Origin: Verrucomicrobiales bacterium
Lineage (GTDB): Bacteria > Verrucomicrobiota > Verrucomicrobiia > Limisphaerales > CAIMTB01
Reading direction: 5' to 3'
Length of the DNA stretch: 64,000 nt
Assembly (NCBI GenBank): GCA_016795425.1
Contig: JAEUHG010000130.1
Span: forward strand, 12,093 to 76,092
This document shows positions 27,549-35,704 of this stretch, in pieces; within the stretch, counting starts at the first letter, position 1; each line of letters starts with the position of its first letter. Under the pieces are notes generated by a model, which had not been told where the DNA came from, did no database searches, and worked only from the letters and a program-made list of their open reading frames with translations. The position numbers and the translations under genes were made by a program.

Positions 27549-27929
27549 TTAGAGGGAAGAATCATGCTCCTCGGCCGAGACCGCGCGCGGGTCGGAAATG
27601 CTCGGTTCGGCGGGCTGCAGGGTTTGTCGTGTCAATTGGCCTTCGAGGGATTGGGCCAATCCGAAACTGCCGGACTGGCTGATGGCATCCGCCAGCTGCT
27701 GGTTGATCATGTCCTGGTAGATTTCCGTGGAGGACGACTCCGATCCGTCGTCGGATTTGATAATGGTCTTGCGGGCCTCGGTGAGGATCTGGCGCAACAG
27801 GACCGCCTCGAACTGGCGGGCTGCCTCCTCGACTTTCTCCCTTTCGGACAGCCGGGGATTCCGCTGCAACTGATCGAGCGGAACCGCCGGGCCACGGTTC
27901 ACAGGAAAGCTGAGCGCAGAGGTCTCCAT
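27549..27929 (-). CDS. flgJ: Rod-binding protein (FlgJ N-terminal domain only, no muramidase domain)
   Basis: 126 aa. AARQFEAVLLRQILTEARKT...FGLAQSL matches the rod-binding domain. No glycoside-hydrolase region follows. Confidence 0.7.
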   Translation of the reverse strand: METSALSFPVNRGPAVPLDQLQRNPRLSEREKVEEAARQFEAVLLRQILTEARKTIIKSDDGSESSSTEIYQDMINQQLADAISQSGSFGLAQSLEGQLTRQTLQPAEPSISDPRAVSAEEHDSSL

Positions 27930-27934
27930 AAAGG

Positions 27935-29044
27935 TCAGCGCAGAACCAATTCAGCCTGCAAGGCGCCCGCCTGTTTCATGGCCTGAAAAATGGACATCAT
28001 ATCGCGCGGGGTAACCCCCAGCTGGTTGAGCGCCGCGGCCACTTTCTCGACGGTCGGCATCTCGGGCAGGGTGATGAGCGCCCCCTTCTCCTCGGTCACC
28101 GACGTCTGCGTGCTCGGCGTCACCACCGGCTTTCCGCCCTGCGCGAACGGCTGCGGCTGCGAAACGTCCAGATTCGAGGCCACGGTGATCGTCAGATTCC
28201 CGTGAGATACCGCGCAACTGGAGATGGCAATGCGCGATGAAGCCACGATCGTGCCCGTCCGCTCATTGATGATGACCCGGGCCGGGGCGTCCGCCACAAC
28301 CTCCAGCGCCTCGAGACGCGCGATGAAATCCACCGGCGATGCGTCCTGGCCTTCCGGCACACGGACTCGCACCGTCGTGGAATCCACCGCCATGGCACTG
28401 TCCGGAAACGCCGCGTTGACCGTTGCGGCGAGGCGGGCCGACGAGGTGAAATCGGGTTCCCTCAGCAACAATTCGATGGCCTGATCGTGCACCAGCAGGG
28501 TCGGGATCTCCCGTTCCACCAGCGCCCCACCCACGATCTGCGCGGTGGTCGGATGATTCTTCTGCACCGTCGCTCCCCCCGGTCCGCCGGCCCCCCCGAA
28601 CACTCCCCCGATCAGCAGCGGCCCCTGAGCCACTGCATAGACCTTGCCATCGGCACCGATGAGCGGTGTCTGCAGCAGCACCCCGCCCTGGAGTGACTTG
28701 GCATCTCCCATGGAGGACACCGTGACATCGATGCGCGCCCCGGGCTTTTTGAAGGCGGGAATATCCGCGGTGACGATCACTGCGGCGACGTTCTTCGAAG
28801 ACAAGGTGGACGCCGGCACGGTGATGCCGTGTCGTTGCAGCAAATTCGCGATCGTCTGGAGGGTATAGATCGGGTTCTTGTCGCCATCGCTGGCGATGCC
28901 AGCCACCAAACCATAACCCACGAGCTGATTGTCACGCGCCCCCGCGACCACAGTGAGATCCTTGACTCGCGATCCGGCGGCGATCGCCGGAACCGTCGAA
29001 GCCACCAGGACCGCAAGAAACCAGGCGTGCGAGGAAGGAGACAT
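27935..29044 (-). CDS. flgI: Flagellar P-ring protein
   Basis: 369 aa with a signal peptide, then SRVKDLTVVAGARDNQLVGYGLVAGIASDGDK... and a C-terminal LNQLGVTPRDMMSIFQAMKQAGALQAELV. Confidence 0.9.
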   Translation of the reverse strand: MSPSSHAWFLAVLVASTVPAIAAGSRVKDLTVVAGARDNQLVGYGLVAGIASDGDKNPIYTLQTIANLLQRHGITVPASTLSSKNVAAVIVTADIPAFKKPGARIDVTVSSMGDAKSLQGGVLLQTPLIGADGKVYAVAQGPLLIGGVFGGAGGPGGATVQKNHPTTAQIVGGALVEREIPTLLVHDQAIELLLREPDFTSSARLAATVNAAFPDSAMAVDSTTVRVRVPEGQDASPVDFIARLEALEVVADAPARVIINERTGTIVASSRIAISSCAVSHGNLTITVASNLDVSQPQPFAQGGKPVVTPSTQTSVTEEKGALITLPEMPTVEKVAAALNQLGVTPRDMMSIFQAMKQAGALQAELVLR

Positions 29045-29047
29045 AAG

Positions 29048-29698
29048 TCAGAACGGGGTCACCTTATCCCAAATCTTGGTGAACCAACCCTTGCGCTGGC
29101 TGTCCGAAACCGGGCCCTTCGAGAGGTATTGGATCGAGGCGTCGGCCACGTTGTAGCTGTACACCGTGTTGTTCGCCATGACGTCCTCGGATCGCACCAC
29201 GCCTCGCAGCACCGCGTCGGTCGTCTCGCCCGCAATCTTGGTCTGCCGTCGTCCCTCAAGGACGAGACTTCCATTGGGCAGCACGTCGATCACCCGGACC
29301 GCAATCCGGGTAGTGAGTTTCTCGGAATTCTGCACCTGGCCGCCGCCGTCGAAGCTGTTCTTCGACGACATATTGATGGCTGGCAGCTTGCCACCCTTGG
29401 TCAGGAAACCGCTCGCGGCTGGGCTATAGAGAAACGTGTTGATCGCCGCGTCGAGCCCGGTGCTCTTGGCGGTCTTGGTGCTGTTCTCCTTCGCCGAGGA
29501 GGTATTCTCCTGGACGATGATGGTGAGAATGTCACCGACCGTGCCCGCCCGTTTGTCGGCGAACATCGATTTCGAGGTGGCGTCGTTCCAGAGCGATTGC
29601 GCCCGCGCCTCGTCGACACGCGCGGCTCCCAGAGCCACCGCGGCGGCGAGGGCCGGGACGGCCAGGCTCCTAACGGGGAATAAGGATGGTCTGTTCAT
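29048..29698 (-). CDS. flgH: Flagellar L-ring protein (no cysteine, so not a lipoprotein form)
   Basis: 216 aa. SLWNDATSKSMFADKRAGTVGDILTIIVQENTSS...GETTDAVLRGVVRSEDV...NTVYSYNVADASIQY. The protein contains no Cys at all. Confidence 0.85.
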   Translation of the reverse strand: MNRPSLFPVRSLAVPALAAAVALGAARVDEARAQSLWNDATSKSMFADKRAGTVGDILTIIVQENTSSAKENSTKTAKSTGLDAAINTFLYSPAASGFLTKGGKLPAINMSSKNSFDGGGQVQNSEKLTTRIAVRVIDVLPNGSLVLEGRRQTKIAGETTDAVLRGVVRSEDVMANNTVYSYNVADASIQYLSKGPVSDSQRKGWFTKIWDKVTPF

Positions 29699-30731
29699 TT
29701 AAAACCTTTCCGGAGAATTCACGTCGGGTGCTGGGGTTGCGGACTCGGACGACCTGCCCCGGCAACCCGTCGTTCAACGCCTCGACCTTCAGTGCAATGG
29801 TGAGTCCGCCGTCCTGGACGAGGCCTTCCACCAATTGTCCCCGCTGAATCACCGGTCGCGGACGGACGGATCGCGCCAACACCGGTTGTCCCGCCTGAAT
29901 GTTCTCCACCAGTTCCAGCGACGGATCGTCGAACGCGAAGAGCCCAGGGGCGTCCCGAAGAGTCAGCACATCGCGCCGTTCCAGGGAAAGCGGCGCCTCG
30001 ATGACCAGTTGTCCGCGCCGCAGAGGGGCCCGGGCGACCGGGATGCTACGCCAAACACGCGCGGACACCGGGGCCTGCCACTGACCCAAACGCTCGTCGC
30101 CACACAGGATCTCGAATCGAACGATGAAATTCGCGCTTGGCCCGGTCGCCGGCATGTCGATCACCCGCAGTGTCAACGGTTCGTCCGGCACCAGCACCGC
30201 CGTCCACGGACGCAGGAGGCGAAGTTCGAGTTCGCCGCGGTCTTTGACCACCTCGCGCTGCAGGGTGAGGCAAAGGAAATCCCGCAGCCCGATCTCGTCG
30301 AGCGATCGCGCACGCCGCCCAATGCGGATCCGATCCGCCCCAGTCCAGTTGGTGGTCGCGAAGTCGGATGCATGCTCGCGAATCCAATCCGTCACCTGGG
30401 CGCGTGTGAAAACCGCCGCCTTCCCAAGCGTCGGCGCCGGCGCCAATCGGACATGCGGCAACGGCTGTTCGTCGACGAGCCGGACGATCTGGTCCAAAAA
30501 AATGCCATCGCCGAGGACCTCCGCGGTTGGGTGGAGGGTGAGGGCGGACGCCGCGGATTCGTTGTTGGCAGGACTTGCGGGCGTGACGCCCCCGAGGGCG
30601 ATGGCAAAAGCGAAAAGGAGCGACACCGCGCGACCTCCTCCCATCGGCCATCCCAACGGGATCCGCGCGAACACGCGCGCAGCGCGGGCGGCACGGGGGT
30701 AGCGGGAGGAGCGTGTGGACGGACGGTTCAT
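29670..30731 (-). CDS. flgA: Flagellar P-ring assembly chaperone FlgA
   Basis: 353 aa, or 324 aa from the alternative ATG 30644. The C-terminal SAF-like pattern is ...IQAGQPVLARSVRPRPVIQRGQLV...GLPGQVVRVRNPSTRREFSGKVLNEQTILI. It sits between flgG and flgH. Confidence 0.75.
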   Translation of the reverse strand: MNRPSTRSSRYPRAARAARVFARIPLGWPMGGGRAVSLLFAFAIALGGVTPASPANNESAASALTLHPTAEVLGDGIFLDQIVRLVDEQPLPHVRLAPAPTLGKAAVFTRAQVTDWIREHASDFATTNWTGADRIRIGRRARSLDEIGLRDFLCLTLQREVVKDRGELELRLLRPWTAVLVPDEPLTLRVIDMPATGPSANFIVRFEILCGDERLGQWQAPVSARVWRSIPVARAPLRRGQLVIEAPLSLERRDVLTLRDAPGLFAFDDPSLELVENIQAGQPVLARSVRPRPVIQRGQLVEGLVQDGGLTIALKVEALNDGLPGQVVRVRNPSTRREFSGKVLNEQTILIPR

Positions 30732-30769
30732 GGCGGAAATGCGGGTGCGGATGAAATGGCGGGGGTGGA

Positions 30770-31552
30770 TCAGCGTCGAAGATTGTTGCTCTGCTGCATC
30801 ATCTCGTCGGCTGCCTGGACGGCCTTGGAATTCACTTCGTACGCCCGTTGGGCAACGATCATGTTCACCATTTCCTCAACCACCTTGACGTTGGACATTT
30901 CGAGGTAGCCCTGCTGGAGATTGCCGAAGCCGTTCTCGCCCGGGTTCCCGATTTCCGGGGTTCCCGACACATTGGTCTCGCGATAGAGGTTGCGGCCGAT
31001 GCTCTCGAGACCGGCGGGATTGGCAAAGCGGACCAATTGCACGCGGAAGCTTTGATTGCCGCCCGAACCTTGGGTGGTGACCTCGCCGGTGGGTGCGATG
31101 CTGATGGAGGTTGTGCCGGCCGGGACGGGCTGGAATCCGCCTTGGAGCACCATGCCTTCACTGGTGGTGACGCGGCCGTCGGCGGCGAGTTTCAGGGCGC
31201 CATCGCGGGTGTAGGCCCGAGTGCCATCCGGCATTTGCACTTCGAAGAAGCCGTCGCCTTGAATGGCGACATCGAGGCGTTCATTGGTCTGGGTCAGTTC
31301 GCCCGTGGTGAAGACCTTGGCGGTGGCCACCGGCTGGGAGCCGTGTCCAACCTGGAGTCCGGTGGGCAACTGATTGCCGCCACCGGCTTCGGCGCCGGCG
31401 GATCGCGACGTCTGGTAGAGCAGGTCCTGGAACTCGATCTTGCTCTTCTTGAATCCGGTCGTGTTGACGTTCGCGAGATTGTTGGCGATGACGTCGAGAT
31501 TGAGCTGCTGGGACTGCATGCCAGCGGCGGAGGAATAGAGGGCACGAAGCAT
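30770..31552 (-). CDS. flgG: Flagellar distal rod protein
   Basis: 260 aa. MLRALYSSAAGMQSQQLNLDVIANNLANVNTTGFKKSKIEFQDLLYQ... with C-terminal LEMSNVKVVEEMVNMIVAQRAYEVNSK. Confidence 0.9.
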   Translation of the reverse strand: MLRALYSSAAGMQSQQLNLDVIANNLANVNTTGFKKSKIEFQDLLYQTSRSAGAEAGGGNQLPTGLQVGHGSQPVATAKVFTTGELTQTNERLDVAIQGDGFFEVQMPDGTRAYTRDGALKLAADGRVTTSEGMVLQGGFQPVPAGTTSISIAPTGEVTTQGSGGNQSFRVQLVRFANPAGLESIGRNLYRETNVSGTPEIGNPGENGFGNLQQGYLEMSNVKVVEEMVNMIVAQRAYEVNSKAVQAADEMMQQSNNLRR

Positions 31553-31568
31553 AGACGATAGGGATGAC

Positions 31569-32321
31569 TCAGCCCTGTTCGAGGGCGTTGATGGCTTTGT
31601 TCATCCGGTCGTCCTGAAGCTGGATGACACGTTGATTGGCTTCGAAGGTGCGCATCGCAGTCAGAAGATGGGCCATCTCCATGACGACCGACGCGTTGGA
31701 TCCTTCCAACCACCCTTGTCGCACCGTGGAAGCCACCGCCGGCGTGGCGTTGACCGCAGGATCGTTCGCGGCGAACAAGGCCCCGTTGAGCTGCGTCAAC
31801 CGGTTCTCGTCGCCAAATTCCACCAACTTCAGCTGGCCCTTGATGTCGCCCCCCTGGCTGACCTCGCCGGTCGAGGAAATTGAAACCGGCTCGCCGTTCT
31901 CGAGTTCGATCTGGATCGGTCCGCCCTCGCCCATGACCAGGTTGCCCTGTTGCGTCATCAACTGGCCTTGCGAACTGACTTGGAAGCCGCCGTTGCGTGT
32001 ATACGCCGGGGATCCATTCGGAAGTTGAACCTCGAAGAACGCGCGACCATCGATCGCCAGGTCCAACGCGCCCCCCGTATACCGCATCTCGCCGGCGCTC
32101 AGATTGGCGCGCGACGCCGACTTCGGGAGCACGAAATGATTGGGACCCTGGATCTGTCCGGCACCGCTGGTGGGGAGGAGTCCGGCCTGAATGGCGGCAA
32201 AAGAGACCTCCTGCTTCTTGTACCCGGGAATCGAACTCGAGGTGAGATTCTCCGCGATCTGCTCCTGCCAACGATCGTTGGCACTCAGGGCCGCCGCTGC
32301 TTGGTACATCCCCACGTTCAT
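31569..32321 (-). CDS. flgF: Flagellar proximal rod protein
   Basis: Track ORF trimmed to ATG 32321 (MNVGMYQAAAALSANDRWQEQIAENLTSSSIPGYKK...) because the track start at 32348 lies inside the promoter motif. The C-terminal region is LEGSNASVVMEMAHLLTAMRTFEANQRV. Confidence 0.85.
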   Translation of the reverse strand: MNVGMYQAAAALSANDRWQEQIAENLTSSSIPGYKKQEVSFAAIQAGLLPTSGAGQIQGPNHFVLPKSASRANLSAGEMRYTGGALDLAIDGRAFFEVQLPNGSPAYTRNGGFQVSSQGQLMTQQGNLVMGEGGPIQIELENGEPVSISSTGEVSQGGDIKGQLKLVEFGDENRLTQLNGALFAANDPAVNATPAVASTVRQGWLEGSNASVVMEMAHLLTAMRTFEANQRVIQLQDDRMNKAINALEQG

Positions 32322-32335
32322 GCGCAACCTCGAGG

Positions 32336-32352
32336 AAGCACTGGGCATGCCA
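32336..32352 (-). promoter_or_regulatory. Candidate sigma54 (-24/-12) promoter of the flgF-flgL unit
   Basis: The minus strand reads TGGCATGCCCAGTGCTT (GG-N10-GC). It has the same TGGCAT-N5-GTGCTT form as the site upstream of flgB and lies only ~15 nt upstream of ATG 32321. Confidence 0.55.
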
Positions 32353-32535
32353 ACGGCTGGAAGTGTCTTTCAGGGCCTTCACCCCAAGGGTTTGGGGTTG
32401 TCCTTGGCAAATCCTACCCGGACCCCAGGGCGATTTTGCCGGTAGGCCCCACCCACCACCGTCCGTCGTCCATCACCCCCCCATTTCCCGGTACCCGTGA
32501 ATGGCCGCACGTGGGTTCGCACCTGGGCACACCAA

Positions 32536-32561
32536 CGAAAACACCCGGCGCCCGAGCCGGG
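32536..32561 (-). terminator. Rho-independent terminator-like hairpin after the motB-downstream ORF
   Basis: The minus strand reads CCCGGC-tcgggc-GCCGGG followed by TGTTTTCGTT. It starts ~33 nt after the stop at 32594. The stem sequence is the same as in the hairpin at 42632-42656. Confidence 0.45.
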
Positions 32562-32593
32562 AGAGGTGTTCCTGGGCCCAAACGTCGGGTCTT

Positions 32594-32917
32594 TCAGGAA
32601 TAGGTGCAGGCCAGGTCGATGACCTGGCCACAGGAACACTGAATCCGAATGCCAGCCACACGGTCGCCTTCTTTGCGCACCGTAATCGTCGGCGGCCCCT
32701 CGGCATGTCCTTCGCCGGACAAACCTCCGGCCGCGGTTGCCGGTACCGGATGCGGCACAAACGACCCCGCCGCTGGCGCTGGGATCACCTTGACGCGGAA
32801 GGTGGCGTCATCACCACCCAAGTGGCGCTTGGCGGAAAGAGGGGAGAAATCGCCGGGCATGGTGGCTAGTCGGGTTTCCGATCGGTCGTTGCCGGAATCA
32901 TCGTGCGCGGTCCTCAC
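32594..32917 (-). CDS. Hypothetical protein with C-terminal C-x-C-G-x6-C motif, encoded between motB and flgF
   Basis: 107 aa from a GTG that overlaps the motB stop (GTGA), or 88 aa from ATG 32860. The C-terminus is PPTITVRKEGDRVAGIRIQCSCGQVIDLACTYS. I can assign no family. Confidence 0.5.
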   Translation of the reverse strand: MRTAHDDSGNDRSETRLATMPGDFSPLSAKRHLGGDDATFRVKVIPAPAAGSFVPHPVPATAAGGLSGEGHAEGPPTITVRKEGDRVAGIRIQCSCGQVIDLACTYS

Positions 32918-33645
32918 GCCTTGGGGTCAGGAAGCTTGAGCATGACGGTCACCCGGCGGTTGATCTCGTCGTCGGGACGGTGGCCCGCCACCGGCTGCGT
33001 GTCGGCGAAGCCAGCGACCTTGCGCAGTTGCCCCGGTTCCACACCGTGTTCGAGCAGTTTGCGGCGTGCGGCATTGGCGCGATCCGCGGACAACTCCCAA
33101 TCGCCGTAGTCCGGCCGCAACGGAGGATGTCCACGCTCGGTATGCCCTTCCAGTTCCACGGTGAATCCGCGGTACCGGGCAACCTCCCAGGCCAGGGTGG
33201 AGAACACCCAGTCGCCATATTGGGTGAAAGTCCAGGATTGGCGGTCGAAAATGGGCCGATGTGAACGATCGAAGACGCTGATGCGCAGTCCTTCCGGCGT
33301 CATTTCCAATTCAATGGACCGTTGGGATGGATCGTCCTCCATGTTCTCCAGGGACCGCAGCAGGTCCTGATTGAGGCGACGCAACATGGCCAGTTCGACG
33401 ACGGCGGCGGAGTCGAAGTTGCCTTTCTGATCACGGCTCCTTTGCTCGTTTTCGTTCGGCATGATGCCAACGCTTTGTTTGGTCATCGAAGAGAACGGAT
33501 GCCGAAACGCCCGTTCGACGGCTTCTTTGATCTTTTCGTCCTGGGCGGTGAGCCACAACACCAGGAACAAGGCCATCATCGCGGTCACGAAATCCGCATA
33601 TGCCACCTTCCAGGCTCCACCGTGATGTCCATGCTTGTTCTTCAT
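32914..33645 (-). CDS. motB: Flagellar stator protein MotB (OmpA-like C-terminal domain)
   Basis: 243 aa. GGAWKVAYADFVTAMMALFLVLWL is the TM segment with the conserved Asp. The C-terminal OmpA-like region is LEGHTERG...LSADRANAARRKLLEHGVEPGQL..GFADTQPV...NRRVTVML. Confidence 0.9.
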   Translation of the reverse strand: MKNKHGHHGGAWKVAYADFVTAMMALFLVLWLTAQDEKIKEAVERAFRHPFSSMTKQSVGIMPNENEQRSRDQKGNFDSAAVVELAMLRRLNQDLLRSLENMEDDPSQRSIELEMTPEGLRISVFDRSHRPIFDRQSWTFTQYGDWVFSTLAWEVARYRGFTVELEGHTERGHPPLRPDYGDWELSADRANAARRKLLEHGVEPGQLRKVAGFADTQPVAGHRPDDEINRRVTVMLKLPDPKA

Positions 33646-33677
33646 GCGTCCATGCCTGACCCGTCCAGGGTGCGTGC

Positions 33678-34547
33678 TTACTTCTTACCCGGCGCCGCCA
33701 GGGACTTGAGCATCGCTTCGAGGGCGTCGGCCTTCGGCTTCACCTCGGAGTTGAGTCCGCGCCGGGCCACCTCGATCGCCATGACCGGGGCCATGCCGTT
33801 GGCGAAGCCGACGACGGCGGTCGCGATGCATCGCAGGTAGGCCATGCCGGCGTGATTGAAAAACTCGATATTGACGGCCAACGGATTCAGCAATCCGTAG
33901 GAAATGAAGATCCCGAGGAACGTACCCACCAACGCCGCCGCGACCTTATGGCCGATCTCCTCGATGGGACCGGCAATGGCGCCCATGGTGATGACGATAC
34001 CCATGACGGCCGCCACGATCCCGAAGCCCGGCATGGCATCCGCTGACTTCGTCAGCACCGACACCGGCTCGTGCTCCTCCATCTCGATACTCTCCATCTC
34101 GACATCCAGAAGCAGCTTCAGTTGGTCAGGCTTAATCTTGCCATCGACGATGGGTCGGAGACCGCTGCAAAGGAACTCAACGGCGTGATGATTGTTCAGA
34201 AAACGGGGGTACTTGCTGAAGATGCTGCTGTCGTGCGGCTTCAGGACGTGTTCCTCCAGGGCGATCATGCCGTTCCTTCGGCCGAGCATGAACAACTCGT
34301 ACAGGGCCTTGAAAAGTTCCTCATATTCCACGCGGCCGTAAGGGGAGCCCTTCAACGCTCCCAGCGAGCGCTTGAAGAGATCAATGATGACGCGCTTCGG
34401 CGACATGATCACCAACGCCCCGAATGCCGCACCGCCGATGATAATGAACTCGGAAACATGGATCAGCGCGCCGATGTTGCCACCGGCCATGACGAAGCCG
34501 CCGAGCACCGATCCGAAGACAATCAAGACACCGACGATGATGATCAT
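33678..34547 (-). CDS. motA: Flagellar stator protein MotA
   Basis: 289 aa. It has four hydrophobic segments and a MotA/ExbB-type C-terminal pair (MPGFGIVAAVMGIVITMG...ALVGTFLGIFISYGLLNP). Confidence 0.9.
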   Translation of the reverse strand: MIIIVGVLIVFGSVLGGFVMAGGNIGALIHVSEFIIIGGAAFGALVIMSPKRVIIDLFKRSLGALKGSPYGRVEYEELFKALYELFMLGRRNGMIALEEHVLKPHDSSIFSKYPRFLNNHHAVEFLCSGLRPIVDGKIKPDQLKLLLDVEMESIEMEEHEPVSVLTKSADAMPGFGIVAAVMGIVITMGAIAGPIEEIGHKVAAALVGTFLGIFISYGLLNPLAVNIEFFNHAGMAYLRCIATAVVGFANGMAPVMAIEVARRGLNSEVKPKADALEAMLKSLAAPGKK

Positions 34548-34559
34548 GGGGTCCTCACG

Positions 34560-35393
34560 TTAACGGGTGGCGAGAACCTCGGCGTCGTGCTTCCGGAGGA
34601 AAGCCTTCAACGCCAGGATGGCTTGCGCGTGGATTTGGCAAATGCGGGATTCGGTGACGCCGAAGACCTCCGCGATTTCTCGCAGCCGCAGGTCCTCGAA
34701 ATAGTAAAGAGCCAGGACCTTCCGCTGCACCTCCGGCAATTCCTCGATCCGCTCCGCGATAATCTTGGCCAGTTCGCGCGTCGCCGTCTGATCGCGCGGC
34801 GAAGCCGCATGATCGTCCGCCAGCACGTCACCGTTTCTCGGGCCGTCATCGCCCTCGGAACCCCGCACGGAGTCGAGACAGACAAACGTCGCCGGACGAA
34901 TCTCCGACAACAGTTCCTGGTACTCTTCGACCGACAGGTTCATGGCTTCCGCCATGTCTTCTTCGGTGGGGATGCAGCCCTTCAACTGCTCCAGATGCAG
35001 CATCACCTCCTGAACCTTCCGCGCCTTCTCGTGAACCGACCGCGGTACCCAGTCGAGACGTCGGAGCTCGTCGAGCACCGCGCCGCGGATGCGCAACCGG
35101 GCGTAAGTCTCGAACGAGGCGCCGCTGCGGGGATTGAACCGTCGGATGGCATTCAACAATCCCACCAACCCAGCGCTATGAAGATCTTCGATATCGACGT
35201 GCGGCGGCAGCGACATCGCGATGCGGCCGACCACGGTCTTGACCAGGGGCAAATGGCGTTCGACCAACTGGCTTTCGGCCATGCTTCCATGGCCAGCGTT
35301 GGCATAAACCCGCCAGAGCTGGGCGACGTCAACGGTCGGCTCCGGGGGCGGTACGGTGTTTTTCTCTAGGGTGGCAGGCTCGCGAGCGCTCAT
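34560..35393 (-). CDS. fliA: Flagellar sigma factor sigma28
   Basis: 277 aa. Region 2 is LVKTVVGRIAMSLPPHVDIEDLHSAGLVGLLNAIRRFNP..FETYARLRIRGAVLDELRRLDW. Region 4 is VLALYYFEDLRLREIAEVFGVTESRICQIHAQAI. Confidence 0.9.
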   Translation of the reverse strand: MSAREPATLEKNTVPPPEPTVDVAQLWRVYANAGHGSMAESQLVERHLPLVKTVVGRIAMSLPPHVDIEDLHSAGLVGLLNAIRRFNPRSGASFETYARLRIRGAVLDELRRLDWVPRSVHEKARKVQEVMLHLEQLKGCIPTEEDMAEAMNLSVEEYQELLSEIRPATFVCLDSVRGSEGDDGPRNGDVLADDHAASPRDQTATRELAKIIAERIEELPEVQRKVLALYYFEDLRLREIAEVFGVTESRICQIHAQAILALKAFLRKHDAEVLATR

Positions 35394-35662
35394 CGCTTAG
35401 TGGGGATGGATGGTGTGGGGGTGGTGGTGGCGGATGCAGCCGCCGCGCTCTCGGCGCGTAACACGGCTTCGTGTTTCTCAATGAGGGCTACTCGTAGGTT
35501 CTCCTCCCACCGCCTGCCCCACCATCGGAGCAACAAACCAGCGGCGTAGGCTGCAGCGCAGGCTCTCCAGACAACCGAAGGCCAGGAACTCTCCTGGACG
35601 AGGCTGAAGCCAAACCCCACTCCGAACCCGAGCACGGCTCCCATTAGCATCAACAGCTTCAT
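35390..35662 (-). CDS. Small (90 aa) two-TM membrane protein, translationally coupled to fliA
   Basis: Trimmed to ATG 35662, preceded by GGTGGTGAGA: MKLLMLMGAVLGFGVGFGFSLVQESSWPSVVWRACAAAYAAGLLLRWW.... Its stop overlaps the fliA start (ATGA). It occupies the slot where flhG normally lies. I can assign no family. Confidence 0.55.
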   Translation of the reverse strand: MKLLMLMGAVLGFGVGFGFSLVQESSWPSVVWRACAAAYAAGLLLRWWGRRWEENLRVALIEKHEAVLRAESAAAASATTTPTPSIPTKR

Positions 35663-35687
35663 TGCATTCTCACCACCAACGGTGCAG

Positions 35688-35704
35688 AGCATTTAGGCTG
35701 CCAG
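35688..35704 (-). promoter_or_regulatory. Candidate sigma54-type promoter upstream of the small ORF-fliA-motAB unit
   Basis: The minus strand reads CTGGCAGCCTAAATGCT (GG-N10-GC). It lies in the 83-nt gap after flhF, ~25 nt upstream of ATG 35662. The -12 half (ATGCT) is less like the other sites. Confidence 0.4.

Noticed and set aside
25813-27552. 579-aa plus-strand ORF. Similar cases are 22751-24412, 57294-58676, 19337-20701, 34071-35369, 52472-53698, 54372-55544 and 46231-47517.
   Set aside because: All lie antisense to strongly supported genes (flgK, kef, the EBP, the Trx-Ig-P protein, fliA, fliG, fliF, fliK). All have Arg/Gly/His/Pro-rich composition. None has a plausible start context or motif.
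31294-32382. 362-aa minus-strand ORF overlapping flgG and flgF
   Set aside because: It is an alternate frame of two rod-protein genes. Its composition is Arg/Pro/Ser-rich.
32594-32917. Considered whether the 107-aa ORF after motB is the missing anti-sigma28 factor FlgM or an FlbD-type motor protein
   Set aside because: It has no resemblance to the FlgM C-terminal sigma28-binding helices or to the FlbD N-terminal pattern. It is kept as an unknown.
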